From the NCBI GenBank assembly GCA_052387675.1, contig JBQTIY010000011.1:212252-276251 (forward strand): a stretch of DNA of 64,000 bases, read 5' to 3'. This DNA is from Planctomycetota bacterium (GTDB lineage: Bacteria; Planctomycetota; B15-G4). Every line of letters begins with the position of its first letter. Within the stretch, counting starts at the first letter, position 1. Below, in pieces: positions 17,262 to 26,142 of this stretch. Below the pieces are notes generated by a model. That model was not told where the DNA came from. It searched no databases and saw only the letters and a list, made by a program, of their open reading frames with translations. The position numbers were made by a program, and so were the translations under genes.

Positions 17262-17480
17262 GTGCTTCGCCTCGGCTGCCGAACCGTTCACCTGTCGTTG
17301 GCAGGGCACTCCGCGTCCGCCAACTCCCTTCCCACAATTGCGCCGGTGTGCGACGCGGCGGGGGTCGGTGTGCCGCGAGTTCCGAGCCCACCACTCGGCC
17401 GCAGCGGCCCAGTAGGCGAGGTGTCTGAGCGGCACCGCCGAGCCCCCGCCGCGGGCGCACTGAGCGCTCCCTCAGCGCTC
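17262..17480 (-). repeat. interspersed structured intergenic repeat, copy A (inverted)
   Basis: The reverse complement aligns with 22886-23105 and 24242-24390. The shared core is GCGCCCGCGGCGGGGGCTCGGCGGTGCCGCTCAGACACCTCGCC...GGCTCGGAACTCGCGGCACACCGAC. Confidence 0.65.
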
Positions 17481-17523
17481 TCTCCGATTCCTTCTCGCCG
17501 CGGCGCTCCGTAGAATCGCCGCG

Positions 17524-19155
17524 ATGAGCGCTGCCATCGTCGACGTGCCACTGCCACTCAATGAGCCGGTGAAGTCCTATGCGCCTGGAAGCCCCGAGCG
17601 CGCCACGCTGCAAGCCGAACTGACGGCGCAACGCAATCGCCCGCTGGACGTCCCCCTCTTCATCGGCGGCAAGGAAGTGCGCACCGGACGCACCATCAAG
17701 CTGGCCGAGCCGCATGCGCACGCGCGCACTCTCGGCGTAGGGCACTTGGGCGAGGCGCAGCACGTGCAGCAGGCCATCGCGGCGGCACAAGCGGCCCGCG
17801 AGGATTGGGCCCGCGCCCCCTTCGAGCACCGCGCGGCCATCTTCCTCAAGGCGGCCGAACTGCTGACCGGCCCGTGGCGCGCCAAGCTCAATGCCAGCAC
17901 GATGCTCGGCCAGAGCAAGACCGTCTACCAGGCCGAGATCGACGCGGCCTGCGAGCTCATCGACTTCTTCCGCTTCAACGTGGCCTTCGCGCGCCAGATC
18001 CTCGCGCTGCAGCCGATCTCCGGGCCGGGCATGTGGAACCGGGTCGAGTACCGCGAGCTCGAGGGCTACGTCTTCGCGGTCACGCCTTTCAACTTCACCT
18101 CCATCGCCGGCAACCTGCCCACAGCGCCAGCGCTCTTCGGCAATGTCTGCCTGTGGAAGCCGGCATCCACCTCGCTGCACAGCGGCTGGGTGATCATGGA
18201 ACTGCTGCGCGCGGCGGGCCTGCCCGACGGCGTGATCAACTTCCTGCCCGGCAAGGGCGCCGCGATCGGCGACCCGGCCATTGCGCACGAGGACTTGGCC
18301 GGCGTGCACTTCACCGGCTCCACCGAAGTCTTTCGCGCGATGTGGCGCTCCATCGGCGAGAACCTGCCGCGCTACAAGAACTTCCCGCGGCTCGTCGGCG
18401 AGACGGGCGGCAAGGACTTCGTCTTCGCGCATCCGTCGGCCGATGTGGCCCCGCTCGCGATCGGCCTGCTGCGCGGCGCCTTCGAGTACCAGGGCCAGAA
18501 GTGTTCGGCCGCCAGCCGCGCCTATGTGCCGCGCTCGCTCTGGCCGGCTGTGCGCGAGCGCCTCGTGGCCGACTTGGCCAAAGTGAGCATGGGCGACCCC
18601 ACCGACCTGCGTCACTTCATGGGCGCGGTCATCGATCAGGCCAGCTTCGAGAAGTGCAAGAGCTACATCGCCAAGGCGCGCGCCACCAAGGGCTGCACGA
18701 TCGTGAGCGGCGGCGAGTGCGAGGGCGGCGCCGGCTGGTTTGTGCAGCCGACGGTCATCGAGAGCAACGATCCACGCTCGGCCAGCATGTGCGAGGAGAT
18801 CTTCGGCCCGATCCTGACCGTGCATGTTTACGACGACGCGCGGCTGGACGAGGCCGTCACGCTCTGCGACACGACCTCGCCCTACGCGCTCACTGGCGCG
18901 ATCTTCGCGCAGGATCGCCAGGCCGTCGCCGCCATGACCACGCGCCTGCGCCACGCGGCCGGCAACTTCTACGTGAACGACAAGCCCACCGGCGCCGTCG
19001 TGGGACAGCAGCCCTTCGGCGGCGCGCGCGCCAGCGGCACCAATGACAAGGCCGGTTCGCTGGTGAACCTGTTGCGCTGGACCTCCCTGCGCACGATCAA
19101 AGAGAACTTCTCTCCGCCGACCGACTGGACCTATCCGCACATGCAGGGCTCTTGA
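17524..19155 (+). CDS. pruA: L-glutamate gamma-semialdehyde (1-pyrroline-5-carboxylate) dehydrogenase
   Basis: Aldehyde dehydrogenase motifs FTGSTEVF, VGETGGKDF and EYQGQKCSAASR. The 543-aa PruA-type length fits. Confidence 0.9.
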   Translation: MSAAIVDVPLPLNEPVKSYAPGSPERATLQAELTAQRNRPLDVPLFIGGKEVRTGRTIKLAEPHAHARTLGVGHLGEAQHVQQAIAAAQAAREDWARAPFEHRAAIFLKAAELLTGPWRAKLNASTMLGQSKTVYQAEIDAACELIDFFRFNVAFARQILALQPISGPGMWNRVEYRELEGYVFAVTPFNFTSIAGNLPTAPALFGNVCLWKPASTSLHSGWVIMELLRAAGLPDGVINFLPGKGAAIGDPAIAHEDLAGVHFTGSTEVFRAMWRSIGENLPRYKNFPRLVGETGGKDFVFAHPSADVAPLAIGLLRGAFEYQGQKCSAASRAYVPRSLWPAVRERLVADLAKVSMGDPTDLRHFMGAVIDQASFEKCKSYIAKARATKGCTIVSGGECEGGAGWFVQPTVIESNDPRSASMCEEIFGPILTVHVYDDARLDEAVTLCDTTSPYALTGAIFAQDRQAVAAMTTRLRHAAGNFYVNDKPTGAVVGQQPFGGARASGTNDKAGSLVNLLRWTSLRTIKENFSPPTDWTYPHMQGS

Positions 19156-19178
19156 CGGGCCCGACGAGGAGGTACGCG

Positions 19179-19973
19179 ATGCAGCCCCTGAACCGCGAAC
19201 GTGAACTCGGTACACGACGGTGGAGCCGGCGAGTGCTGCCGGCGCTCCTGGGCCTGATCGCATCGTTGAGCCTGGCCGCGTGTGCCAGCGTGCCGCCGCT
19301 GCGCGTGGGCTCCGACCTCGCCAATCCCCCCTTTGCTTCGCTTGATGCCAACGGCAACCCGCAGGGCCGCGACGTCGAGATGATGAAGGCCGTCGCAGTG
19401 ATGCTTGAGCGCGATCTCGTTTGGGTGCAGATGCCCTTCGAGCAACTTCTGCCGGCTGCTCAGTCGGGCGCCGTGGACATCGTCTGCGCCACGCTGGGCC
19501 GCACGCCCGAGCGCGCTGTGCACGTGAACTTCTCCGAGCCTTACTTTCTGACCGAGATCACGCTCGTCGTGCGCCAGGGCGAGGGCGAGCCCACGCTCGC
19601 GGCCCAACTCGCCGGGCGGCCGGTGGCCGCCGGCGCTGGCTCGACGGCTGAGCGCGCCCTCCAGCGCTACTTGCCGGAAGCGGTCATCGACACGGGCGGC
19701 CCGGCCAAGGCCAGCTCCATCGCGCGCTTGCTCGCCGGCGAGGTGGACGCCGCCGCCATGGACGGCCCCGCCGCCGAGGCGGCCATCGCCAAAGCTCCCG
19801 CGCGGTTGCGCCGAATCGAGAGCGCTCTGGCAGCCGAGGAATACGCCCTGGCCCTGCCGAAATCGCACTCCAGCCTGCTCTTGGCCCTCGATCGTGCGCT
19901 GGACACGCTGCGCCGCGGCGGCAGCCAGGCCCGTTGGAACAGCAAGTTTGGCGTGACGGAAGCCGCGCCCTAG
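19179..19973 (+). CDS. family 3 (amino-acid type) ABC transporter substrate-binding lipoprotein
   Basis: GAGGAGG SD before the ATG at 19179. Lipobox LSLAAC. SBP_bac_3-like sequence ...PPFASLDANGNPQGRDVEMMKAV... Confidence 0.8.
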   Translation: MQPLNRERELGTRRWSRRVLPALLGLIASLSLAACASVPPLRVGSDLANPPFASLDANGNPQGRDVEMMKAVAVMLERDLVWVQMPFEQLLPAAQSGAVDIVCATLGRTPERAVHVNFSEPYFLTEITLVVRQGEGEPTLAAQLAGRPVAAGAGSTAERALQRYLPEAVIDTGGPAKASSIARLLAGEVDAAAMDGPAAEAAIAKAPARLRRIESALAAEEYALALPKSHSSLLLALDRALDTLRRGGSQARWNSKFGVTEAAP

Positions 19974-20118
19974 CGCCGCGCCACGATCCCGCCACGCCCC
20001 GCCGCTAGGCAGGAGCCGGGCCGGATCTGATACGTTCTGCGACCGCTGCCGCCCTCTGCGGCCACGCCCGCGCGGCGTCCCCACGATCCACAGAAGTTCG
20101 CACTACCCGGAGAGAAAC

Positions 20119-22875
20119 ATGCTGAGGCCCTTCGCCCCCCTGTCCCTGGTTCTGAGCTTGCTCCTCGCCGCCGGTTGCGCAGGCACCGACAAGGCCGCCC
20201 CCACGCCGCCGACCGACAAGTCGGCTGACGCGACCGCCAAGACGGACGCGACCAAGACCGACACACCCAAGGCCGAGCCGACGAAGGGCGACAAGGCGCC
20301 GGAAGTGGCTGCCGCGCCCAAGACCACCGACAAGCCCGCCCCCAAGCCCACCGAGGAAGAGCTGAGCGAGGCCCAGAAGAAGGCCAAGGAGAAGGAAGAG
20401 AAGGAGAAGAAGGAGCGCGAGGCCAACAAGAAGAAGTGGGACGAGGTGGTCGAGAAGCTGACCAAGTCCGAGGGTCTCTTCACGGTGTGGTCGAACGAGC
20501 ACACCCTGCTGATCGAGCTGGACAAGGCCTCCTTTGGCCGTGAGTTCCTCTACCAGGCCGGCCTGGGCAGCGGCGCCGGCAACGGCAGCGTCTATCGCGG
20601 CGCGATGCTCGGCGACAATGAGTTCGTCTTGCGCTTCGAGCGCCGTAACGACAAGAAGATCGTGCTCGTGGCGGAGAACAACCGCTACCTCGAGCCGGGC
20701 GACTCGCTCGAGCAGAAGATGCTCGACGAGGTCACCTCCGACAGCATCCTGCTGCAGTGGGATCCGGCCGCCGAGAACAAGGACGAGGGCCGCGTGCTCA
20801 TCGACTTCGGCAAATGGTTCTTCGAAGACAACCTGCAGCTTGCGCGCGGCCTGGAGGGCAAGTTCTCGCCGTCCAAGGACCTCAGCGCCATCAAGAAGGT
20901 CGGCAATTTCCCGCGCAATATCGAGGTGGACCTCGACTTGGTCTTCACCGGCTCGCGCGGCGGCGGCAACCTGACCATCGCGGACGGGCGCGGCATGCGC
21001 CTCAAGGTGCACCACTCGCTCTGCGCCCTGCCCGACGGCGGCTTCAAGACGCGCGCGCTCGATCAGCGCGTGGGTTACTTCTTCACCGAGCGCAAGGACC
21101 TCTTCGACATTCGCTCCGATGACCCCGTGCGCCGCTACATCAATCGCTGGCGCCTGCAGAAGAAGGACCCCTCGGCCGAGGTGAGCGATCCGGTGCAGCC
21201 GATCACGTACTGGATCGAGAACAGCACGCCCAAGGAGTGGCGCGAGGCGGTCAAGAAGGGCATCGAGGCTTGGGAGCCGGCCTTCCGCAAGGCGGGCTTC
21301 AGCAATGCCATCGTGGCCAAGCAGATGCCTGAGGACGCCGACTGGGATCCGGCCGACGTGCGCTACGCCGTCGTGCGCTGGTCCGCCGACGAGAACGTGG
21401 GCTTCGCCATTGGCCCGTCACGCGCCGACCCGCGCACCGGCGAAATCTTCGACGCCGACATCACCATGCAGGCCAACTTCCTGGCCATCTACCGCGAGCG
21501 TTTCGAGACCTACGTGGCCGACATCGCCGGGATGAGCAAGGAAGAGATGCTGGCCGAGGTCGAGGCGCGGCTCAATCCGACGCTGCCCGAGAACTTCGAC
21601 CTGCGCCGGATGTGCCAGATCTCCGGCGATGAGCGCGTGCAGCAGGCCGCCCAGGCCGCAGCAATCTCGTCGATCATTCGCGACGACTTCGACGTGGATC
21701 AGTTCCTCACGGCGATGCTCACGGAAGTCGTGGCGCACGAGGTTGGGCACACGCTCGGCCTGCGGCACAACTTCAAGTCCTCCACCTGGCTCGATGTCGA
21801 CCAGATGGCCGACGTCAGCAGCACCGCCCAGCGCGGTCTGATCGGCTCGGTGATGGACTACACGGCCATCAACATCGCCGCGCCGGGCAAGCCCCAGGGC
21901 GAGTACTTCGCCTCGGCGGTCGGCCCCTACGACATCTGGGCCATCGAGTACGGCTACACCGAGTTCGGCAACAACGATGCCGGCGGCCTGGCCGCCATCG
22001 CTGCCCGCTCGGCTGAGCCGGGACTCGACTACGGCACCGACGAGGACCTCTTCATGGGCGACCCGTGGGCCGCTCAGTGGGACCTCGGCAAGGACCCCGT
22101 GGCCTTCGCCAAGGAGCAGATCGCGCTGTCCGAGAAGGGCTTCGCCAAGCTCGCCGAGAAGGGCGCCAAGAAGGGCGAGGGCTTCCACAAGTACAACGAG
22201 TACTACGGGATGTTCCTCTCGCTCTACACGCGCAACTACCGCTCACTCGACCGCTTCCTGCATGGCGTCGGCATGAACCGCGACCTGGTCGGCCAGGAAG
22301 GCGGCCGCAGCCCGATCGTGTTCCCGGATCCGGCCATGCAGCGCGCCGCGCTCGACATCCTTGTCGACGAGGGCCTCACCTGGACCGGCAGCATCCCGCA
22401 GGAGCAGCGCCTCTTGCTCGCCAACCGGAAGTACGGCTCCTTCGGCGAGTGGTTCGACCCGTGGTCCTTCGATCCGCTGCCGCGCATCGTGAACGCCGCC
22501 CGCTACCGCGTGCTCTCGTCGCTGATGAACACCACGGCGATGGAGCGCGTGGCCGCCCAGGCCAAGCTCGTCGGTGCACGCGCCGTCACCCCCACCGAGA
22601 TCGCGGACCGCGCCTTCGCCGCCACCTGGGCCAAGGAAAGCCCCGATGAGCACGATCGCTGGATCCAGTCCGACTACGTGTATCTGGTCATCAACAGCCT
22701 CACGTCGGACACGACACCCGAGCTGACCGCACTCTACGACTCGCTCATGACGCGGGCCGAGCAGCGCTGCGAGCAGCTCGCCAAGTCGGGCAACCGCGAG
22801 ATCGCCACGCACGGCGCCTGGCTCAAGGGCCGCATCGAGCGCTTCCGGAACCGCCAGGTTATCGAAGGCTACTGA
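20119..22875 (+). CDS. zinc-dependent metalloprotease (zincin, DUF5117-type) lipoprotein, 918 aa
   Basis: Lipobox LLAAGC. HEXXH site VVAHEVGHTLGLRHNF. Lys/Glu-rich low-complexity linker near the N-terminus. Confidence 0.85.
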   Translation: MLRPFAPLSLVLSLLLAAGCAGTDKAAPTPPTDKSADATAKTDATKTDTPKAEPTKGDKAPEVAAAPKTTDKPAPKPTEEELSEAQKKAKEKEEKEKKEREANKKKWDEVVEKLTKSEGLFTVWSNEHTLLIELDKASFGREFLYQAGLGSGAGNGSVYRGAMLGDNEFVLRFERRNDKKIVLVAENNRYLEPGDSLEQKMLDEVTSDSILLQWDPAAENKDEGRVLIDFGKWFFEDNLQLARGLEGKFSPSKDLSAIKKVGNFPRNIEVDLDLVFTGSRGGGNLTIADGRGMRLKVHHSLCALPDGGFKTRALDQRVGYFFTERKDLFDIRSDDPVRRYINRWRLQKKDPSAEVSDPVQPITYWIENSTPKEWREAVKKGIEAWEPAFRKAGFSNAIVAKQMPEDADWDPADVRYAVVRWSADENVGFAIGPSRADPRTGEIFDADITMQANFLAIYRERFETYVADIAGMSKEEMLAEVEARLNPTLPENFDLRRMCQISGDERVQQAAQAAAISSIIRDDFDVDQFLTAMLTEVVAHEVGHTLGLRHNFKSSTWLDVDQMADVSSTAQRGLIGSVMDYTAINIAAPGKPQGEYFASAVGPYDIWAIEYGYTEFGNNDAGGLAAIAARSAEPGLDYGTDEDLFMGDPWAAQWDLGKDPVAFAKEQIALSEKGFAKLAEKGAKKGEGFHKYNEYYGMFLSLYTRNYRSLDRFLHGVGMNRDLVGQEGGRSPIVFPDPAMQRAALDILVDEGLTWTGSIPQEQRLLLANRKYGSFGEWFDPWSFDPLPRIVNAARYRVLSSLMNTTAMERVAAQAKLVGARAVTPTEIADRAFAATWAKESPDEHDRWIQSDYVYLVINSLTSDTTPELTALYDSLMTRAEQRCEQLAKSGNREIATHGAWLKGRIERFRNRQVIEGY

Positions 22876-22885
22876 GAGTTGGCTG

Positions 22886-23105
22886 TTGGGCGCTGAGTGC
22901 GCCCGTTTTGGGCGCTCAGTGCGCCCGCAGCGGGGGCTCGGCGGTGCCGCTCAGACACCTCGCCGGCTCGGCCGAAACGGCCGTGACCGGCTCGGAACTC
23001 GCGGCACACCGACCCCCGCTGCGTCGCACACCGTCGCACGGGGTGTAAGGCAGTTGGCGGCCGAGAGATGCTCGGCCAACGGCCACGGCAGAGCTGCTCC
23101 GCTTT
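22886..23105 (+). repeat. interspersed structured intergenic repeat, copy B
   Basis: Begins right after the protease stop. Two GGGCGC-N5-GCGCCC hairpins are followed by the conserved core. The 3' extension also matches copy A. Confidence 0.65.
22888..22910 (+). terminator. candidate intrinsic terminator
   Basis: GGGCGC-TGAGT-GCGCCC followed by GTTTTG, 13 nt after the stop at 22875. Confidence 0.45.
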
Positions 23106-23391
23106 AGGGCTTGTCGCGGAGTTCGCGGCGGAGTTTGGGCCGCAGGAGGAGCCGCCACCGGCGTGGCAGGCGCCGCTCGCGGGTGTTGATCCAGCGCGCG
23201 GCGCGGCGGCTGGCGAGCCCCAGGCAAACCAGTGCCAGGATGTGGAAGGGAATGCCGGTGAGCACCGGGATGAGCCAGAAGGCCACGCCCAGCAGAAAGA
23301 AGATGCCGGCCGCGGAGAGCAGCGCCAGGCGATAAATCAGCGAACGCTCGGGGCGGTCCTCGGGGAGCAGGTCGGGGATCTCGTCGGTCAT
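23104..23391 (-). CDS. small membrane protein (95 aa, PGPGW/YbaN-like)
   Basis: Two TM helices with the sequence ...WLIPVLTGIPFHILALVCLG... and a basic C-terminal tail. Confidence 0.5.
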   Translation of the reverse strand: MTDEIPDLLPEDRPERSLIYRLALLSAAGIFFLLGVAFWLIPVLTGIPFHILALVCLGLASRRAARWINTRERRLPRRWRLLLRPKLRRELRDKP

Positions 23392-23441
23392 GACGGGCGG
23401 TCGGAGCTGAGGCAGCGAGCGCGGCTGCTACCATTCGCGGC

Positions 23442-24242
23442 ATGAGCGATTCGGCCGTCGAACTCAATGCGCGCGTGGTCCATCGCCTCGACCTTACTGC
23501 GCGGCTCTCCGTGGTGCGAGTGGCTCCCGAGGGCTGGAGCCTGCCGCCCTTTTCGGCGGGCCAGTGGGCCACGCTGGGTCTGCCGGAAACTCAGGCTGCG
23601 GCTGGCGCGGCGCCCAAGCTGCTGAAGCGCGTCTACTCCATCGCCTCCGCACCTGGGCGGCCTGAGTTGGAGTTCTTCATCCAGCTCGTCAAGGAGGGCG
23701 AGTTCACCACCAAGCTCTGGCCGCTCGAGAACGGCGACCGGCTGTGGCTCTCCCCCAAGATCGGCGGACACTTCACGCTCGCGCCCGTGCCCAAGACCAG
23801 CCGGATCGTGCTCATCGGCACAGGCACCGGCGTAGCGCCCTTTGTCTCGATGGTGCGCGCCGGCACCTCCGGCGGCCCGGGCCACCGTCCATGGAAGCAC
23901 TGCGTGCTCGTGCACGGCGCGCGTGACCAGAGCGAGCTGGGCTTCCGCGCTGAACTCCACGCCCTGGCGGCCAGCGACACGAGCTTCACCTACTTGCCCA
24001 TGCTCACGCGCGAGCCGCTCGGTTCGGCCTGGACCGGGCGGCGCGGCCGCGTGCAGTCACTGCTCGACGGCGGCGCCTTCGCGCGCTTCACCGGCCAGGA
24101 CTTCGACCCGGCCGACACGCACGTCCTGCTCTGCGGCAATCCCGAGATGATCGACGACATGGAGCGGCGTCTCGCTGCGCTGGGCTTCCGGCATCACACC
24201 CGCGAGCAGGCGGGGAATCTGCATTTCGAGCGGTACTGGTAG
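23442..24242 (+). CDS. fpr: ferredoxin--NADP(+) reductase
   Basis: Motifs RVYSIASAP, LIGTGTGVAPFVSM and CGNPEMIDDM. Confidence 0.85.
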   Translation: MSDSAVELNARVVHRLDLTARLSVVRVAPEGWSLPPFSAGQWATLGLPETQAAAGAAPKLLKRVYSIASAPGRPELEFFIQLVKEGEFTTKLWPLENGDRLWLSPKIGGHFTLAPVPKTSRIVLIGTGTGVAPFVSMVRAGTSGGPGHRPWKHCVLVHGARDQSELGFRAELHALAASDTSFTYLPMLTREPLGSAWTGRRGRVQSLLDGGAFARFTGQDFDPADTHVLLCGNPEMIDDMERRLAALGFRHHTREQAGNLHFERYW

Positions 24243-24390
24243 GCGCGCTCAGTGCGCCGAGGATGGGCGCTGAGTGCGCCCGCGGCGGGGGCTCGGCGGT
24301 GCCGCTCAGACACCTCGCCGACTCGGCCGCTGCGGCCGAGAGGTCGGCTCGGAACTCGCGGCACACCGACACCCCGCCGCGTCGCACATC
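24242..24390 (+). repeat. interspersed structured intergenic repeat, copy C
   Basis: Begins at the fpr stop. It has the same twin hairpins and conserved core as copies A and B. Confidence 0.65.
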
Positions 24391-24433
24391 GCCGCATCTG
24401 CGGGCAGACAACGACGTTCGTACCGTTCAGTGG

Positions 24434-26074
24434 CTACGGCCAGTACTCGTCAGCTCCGATATCCACGCGACCGTACTCTCGACCCTCTCCTTCGATGTCG
24501 TAGGTGGTTAATGCGACAACCGGCGTGATGTCGCCCTTGGCAATGCATGGGGAGCCATACAGAATCGTGAAGTCGCCGGCGCCTGCATTGACGAAATCTG
24601 GATTCTCGTCAATGTTGAAGTACGGGGCCGAGGGCGGGTCAGTGGCACTTCCGAGGCACTCCCAGACGCAATAATCAATAAAGTCCGCTGAGCCCGGATC
24701 CCACTCCAGAGTGCCGTCGACCTGCTGGGTGCCGCCGTTACCGTACACAATCAAGTTCTGCATGTTGGCGTACGTAGTCGAGTCGCCATCGATCCAGAAC
24801 CCGGCGGCGCTGTTGTTCGCGATCGTGTCGCCCACGCTCTTCTGTCCTCCCTCCGAGCTGACGTCCTGGACGCCGCTGATGTGAATGCCAACAGTGTTCT
24901 GAACGATCAGGTTCCCCACCGTGTCCACGCTGATGTAACGACCCGCATCTCCGACGTCCCACGATCCGTAATCCAGGTGAAGCCCAGCGGCTCCATTGCC
25001 CCTGAGGGTGTTTTGCTCGATGTGACCTGTGGAGAAGTAGGCGTAACTGCTCTCGTCGTCATCGGTGTCCACCGTGGCGAGAATTCCGTCGCCAAGGCAT
25101 GCCTTGACCGTGTTGCCGATGATCTCGATCGTCGGCGTCGTGGCAAACCGCACCTGCTTGCCCTCGGCGCCTGCTGCGACGAATTCAATTCCTGTTTCGA
25201 TGCCATGACCCTCATTGCTGAGTGACGAGTCGATCGTGTTGCGCAGGATGAAGGGTGTGAAAATGGCATCAACGGGCACGATTCGACCGTCCCCGGCGAG
25301 CCGGATGCCGAACTCGGCATCGTCATCGCCCTCCAGCCCGATGATGTTCTCGCTGATGATGATGCGAGCCGAGGCATCACCCTCGCCGGTATCGGTCGTC
25401 CGCAGTTCGATTCCGCCGCGAGCCGTCGGCTCGATCCCATTATTGCTGATGTGGAAGGGGCCCTCGGAGTCACCGAGTTGGCCGTCACCAACTTCCAACA
25501 GGACCGAGGGTTGATCGGCACTCTCGCCATCGTTCATCTCACTGCGCTCGAAGTCGCAGGACTCGATGCTGCAGTCCGTCGCTGCGTTGCCGGAATCCAC
25601 GCGAACCAGTACCGCCGCTGGTGGGTCGAACTCTTCCTCATCCTCGGCTAGGAATCTGAGATTCTCGATGATGGTTCCATCGTGGCTCGCGGACGTTGCG
25701 TCGATGAAGACCAAGCCATACGAGCCAGAATCGGGCGGGTCTGCGTGGGCGTCGCCTCCCACCCTGGGCTTGTCACCGTCGTCATATGCCCTGACCCGAA
25801 CTCCACTTGGAATCACTAGGGGCCAGGACTCACCCAGCGCAGTGTTGTACGTGCCTGGCAAAACGACAATCTCGTCGCCGCTCACGGGCTCCCCTTCAAG
25901 CAATGCCTGCGTGATGGTCTCGTATGGATCAGCAAAGGAGCCAGTATGCGGAGCGGTGTCGTTGCTGTCATCGACATAGAAGGTCGTCGGCGTTGGCATG
26001 GCGATCAGGCCAACAGCGACCACGCCGACCCCAAAGCCGCACAGACTGATACCTAACTTGCTTAGTTGACGCAT
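24434..26074 (-). CDS. membrane-anchored right-handed parallel beta-helix (pectin-lyase fold) protein
   Basis: GGAGG SD before the ATG at 26074. N-terminal TM anchor. Repetitive G-N/D-rich beta-helix turns. Visibly lower GC than its neighbours. Confidence 0.7.
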   Translation of the reverse strand: MRQLSKLGISLCGFGVGVVAVGLIAMPTPTTFYVDDSNDTAPHTGSFADPYETITQALLEGEPVSGDEIVVLPGTYNTALGESWPLVIPSGVRVRAYDDGDKPRVGGDAHADPPDSGSYGLVFIDATSASHDGTIIENLRFLAEDEEEFDPPAAVLVRVDSGNAATDCSIESCDFERSEMNDGESADQPSVLLEVGDGQLGDSEGPFHISNNGIEPTARGGIELRTTDTGEGDASARIIISENIIGLEGDDDAEFGIRLAGDGRIVPVDAIFTPFILRNTIDSSLSNEGHGIETGIEFVAAGAEGKQVRFATTPTIEIIGNTVKACLGDGILATVDTDDDESSYAYFSTGHIEQNTLRGNGAAGLHLDYGSWDVGDAGRYISVDTVGNLIVQNTVGIHISGVQDVSSEGGQKSVGDTIANNSAAGFWIDGDSTTYANMQNLIVYGNGGTQQVDGTLEWDPGSADFIDYCVWECLGSATDPPSAPYFNIDENPDFVNAGAGDFTILYGSPCIAKGDITPVVALTTYDIEGEGREYGRVDIGADEYWP

Positions 26075-26142
26075 TGACCTAACCTCCAAGTCATCCGCTG
26101 CCTCATCGGCTCGAAGGATGACTGACTAGGGATTCCCGAAAC

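Noticed and set aside
17125-19263. 712-aa ORF on the minus strand
   Set aside because: It is entirely antisense to the well-supported pruA gene. Its Arg/Ala/Gly-rich composition is typical of high-GC shadow ORFs.
20330-20450. Repeat element inside the metalloprotease gene
   Set aside because: It is an in-frame Lys/Glu-rich low-complexity linker (KKAKEKEEKEKKEREANKKK) and not a DNA-level mobile repeat.
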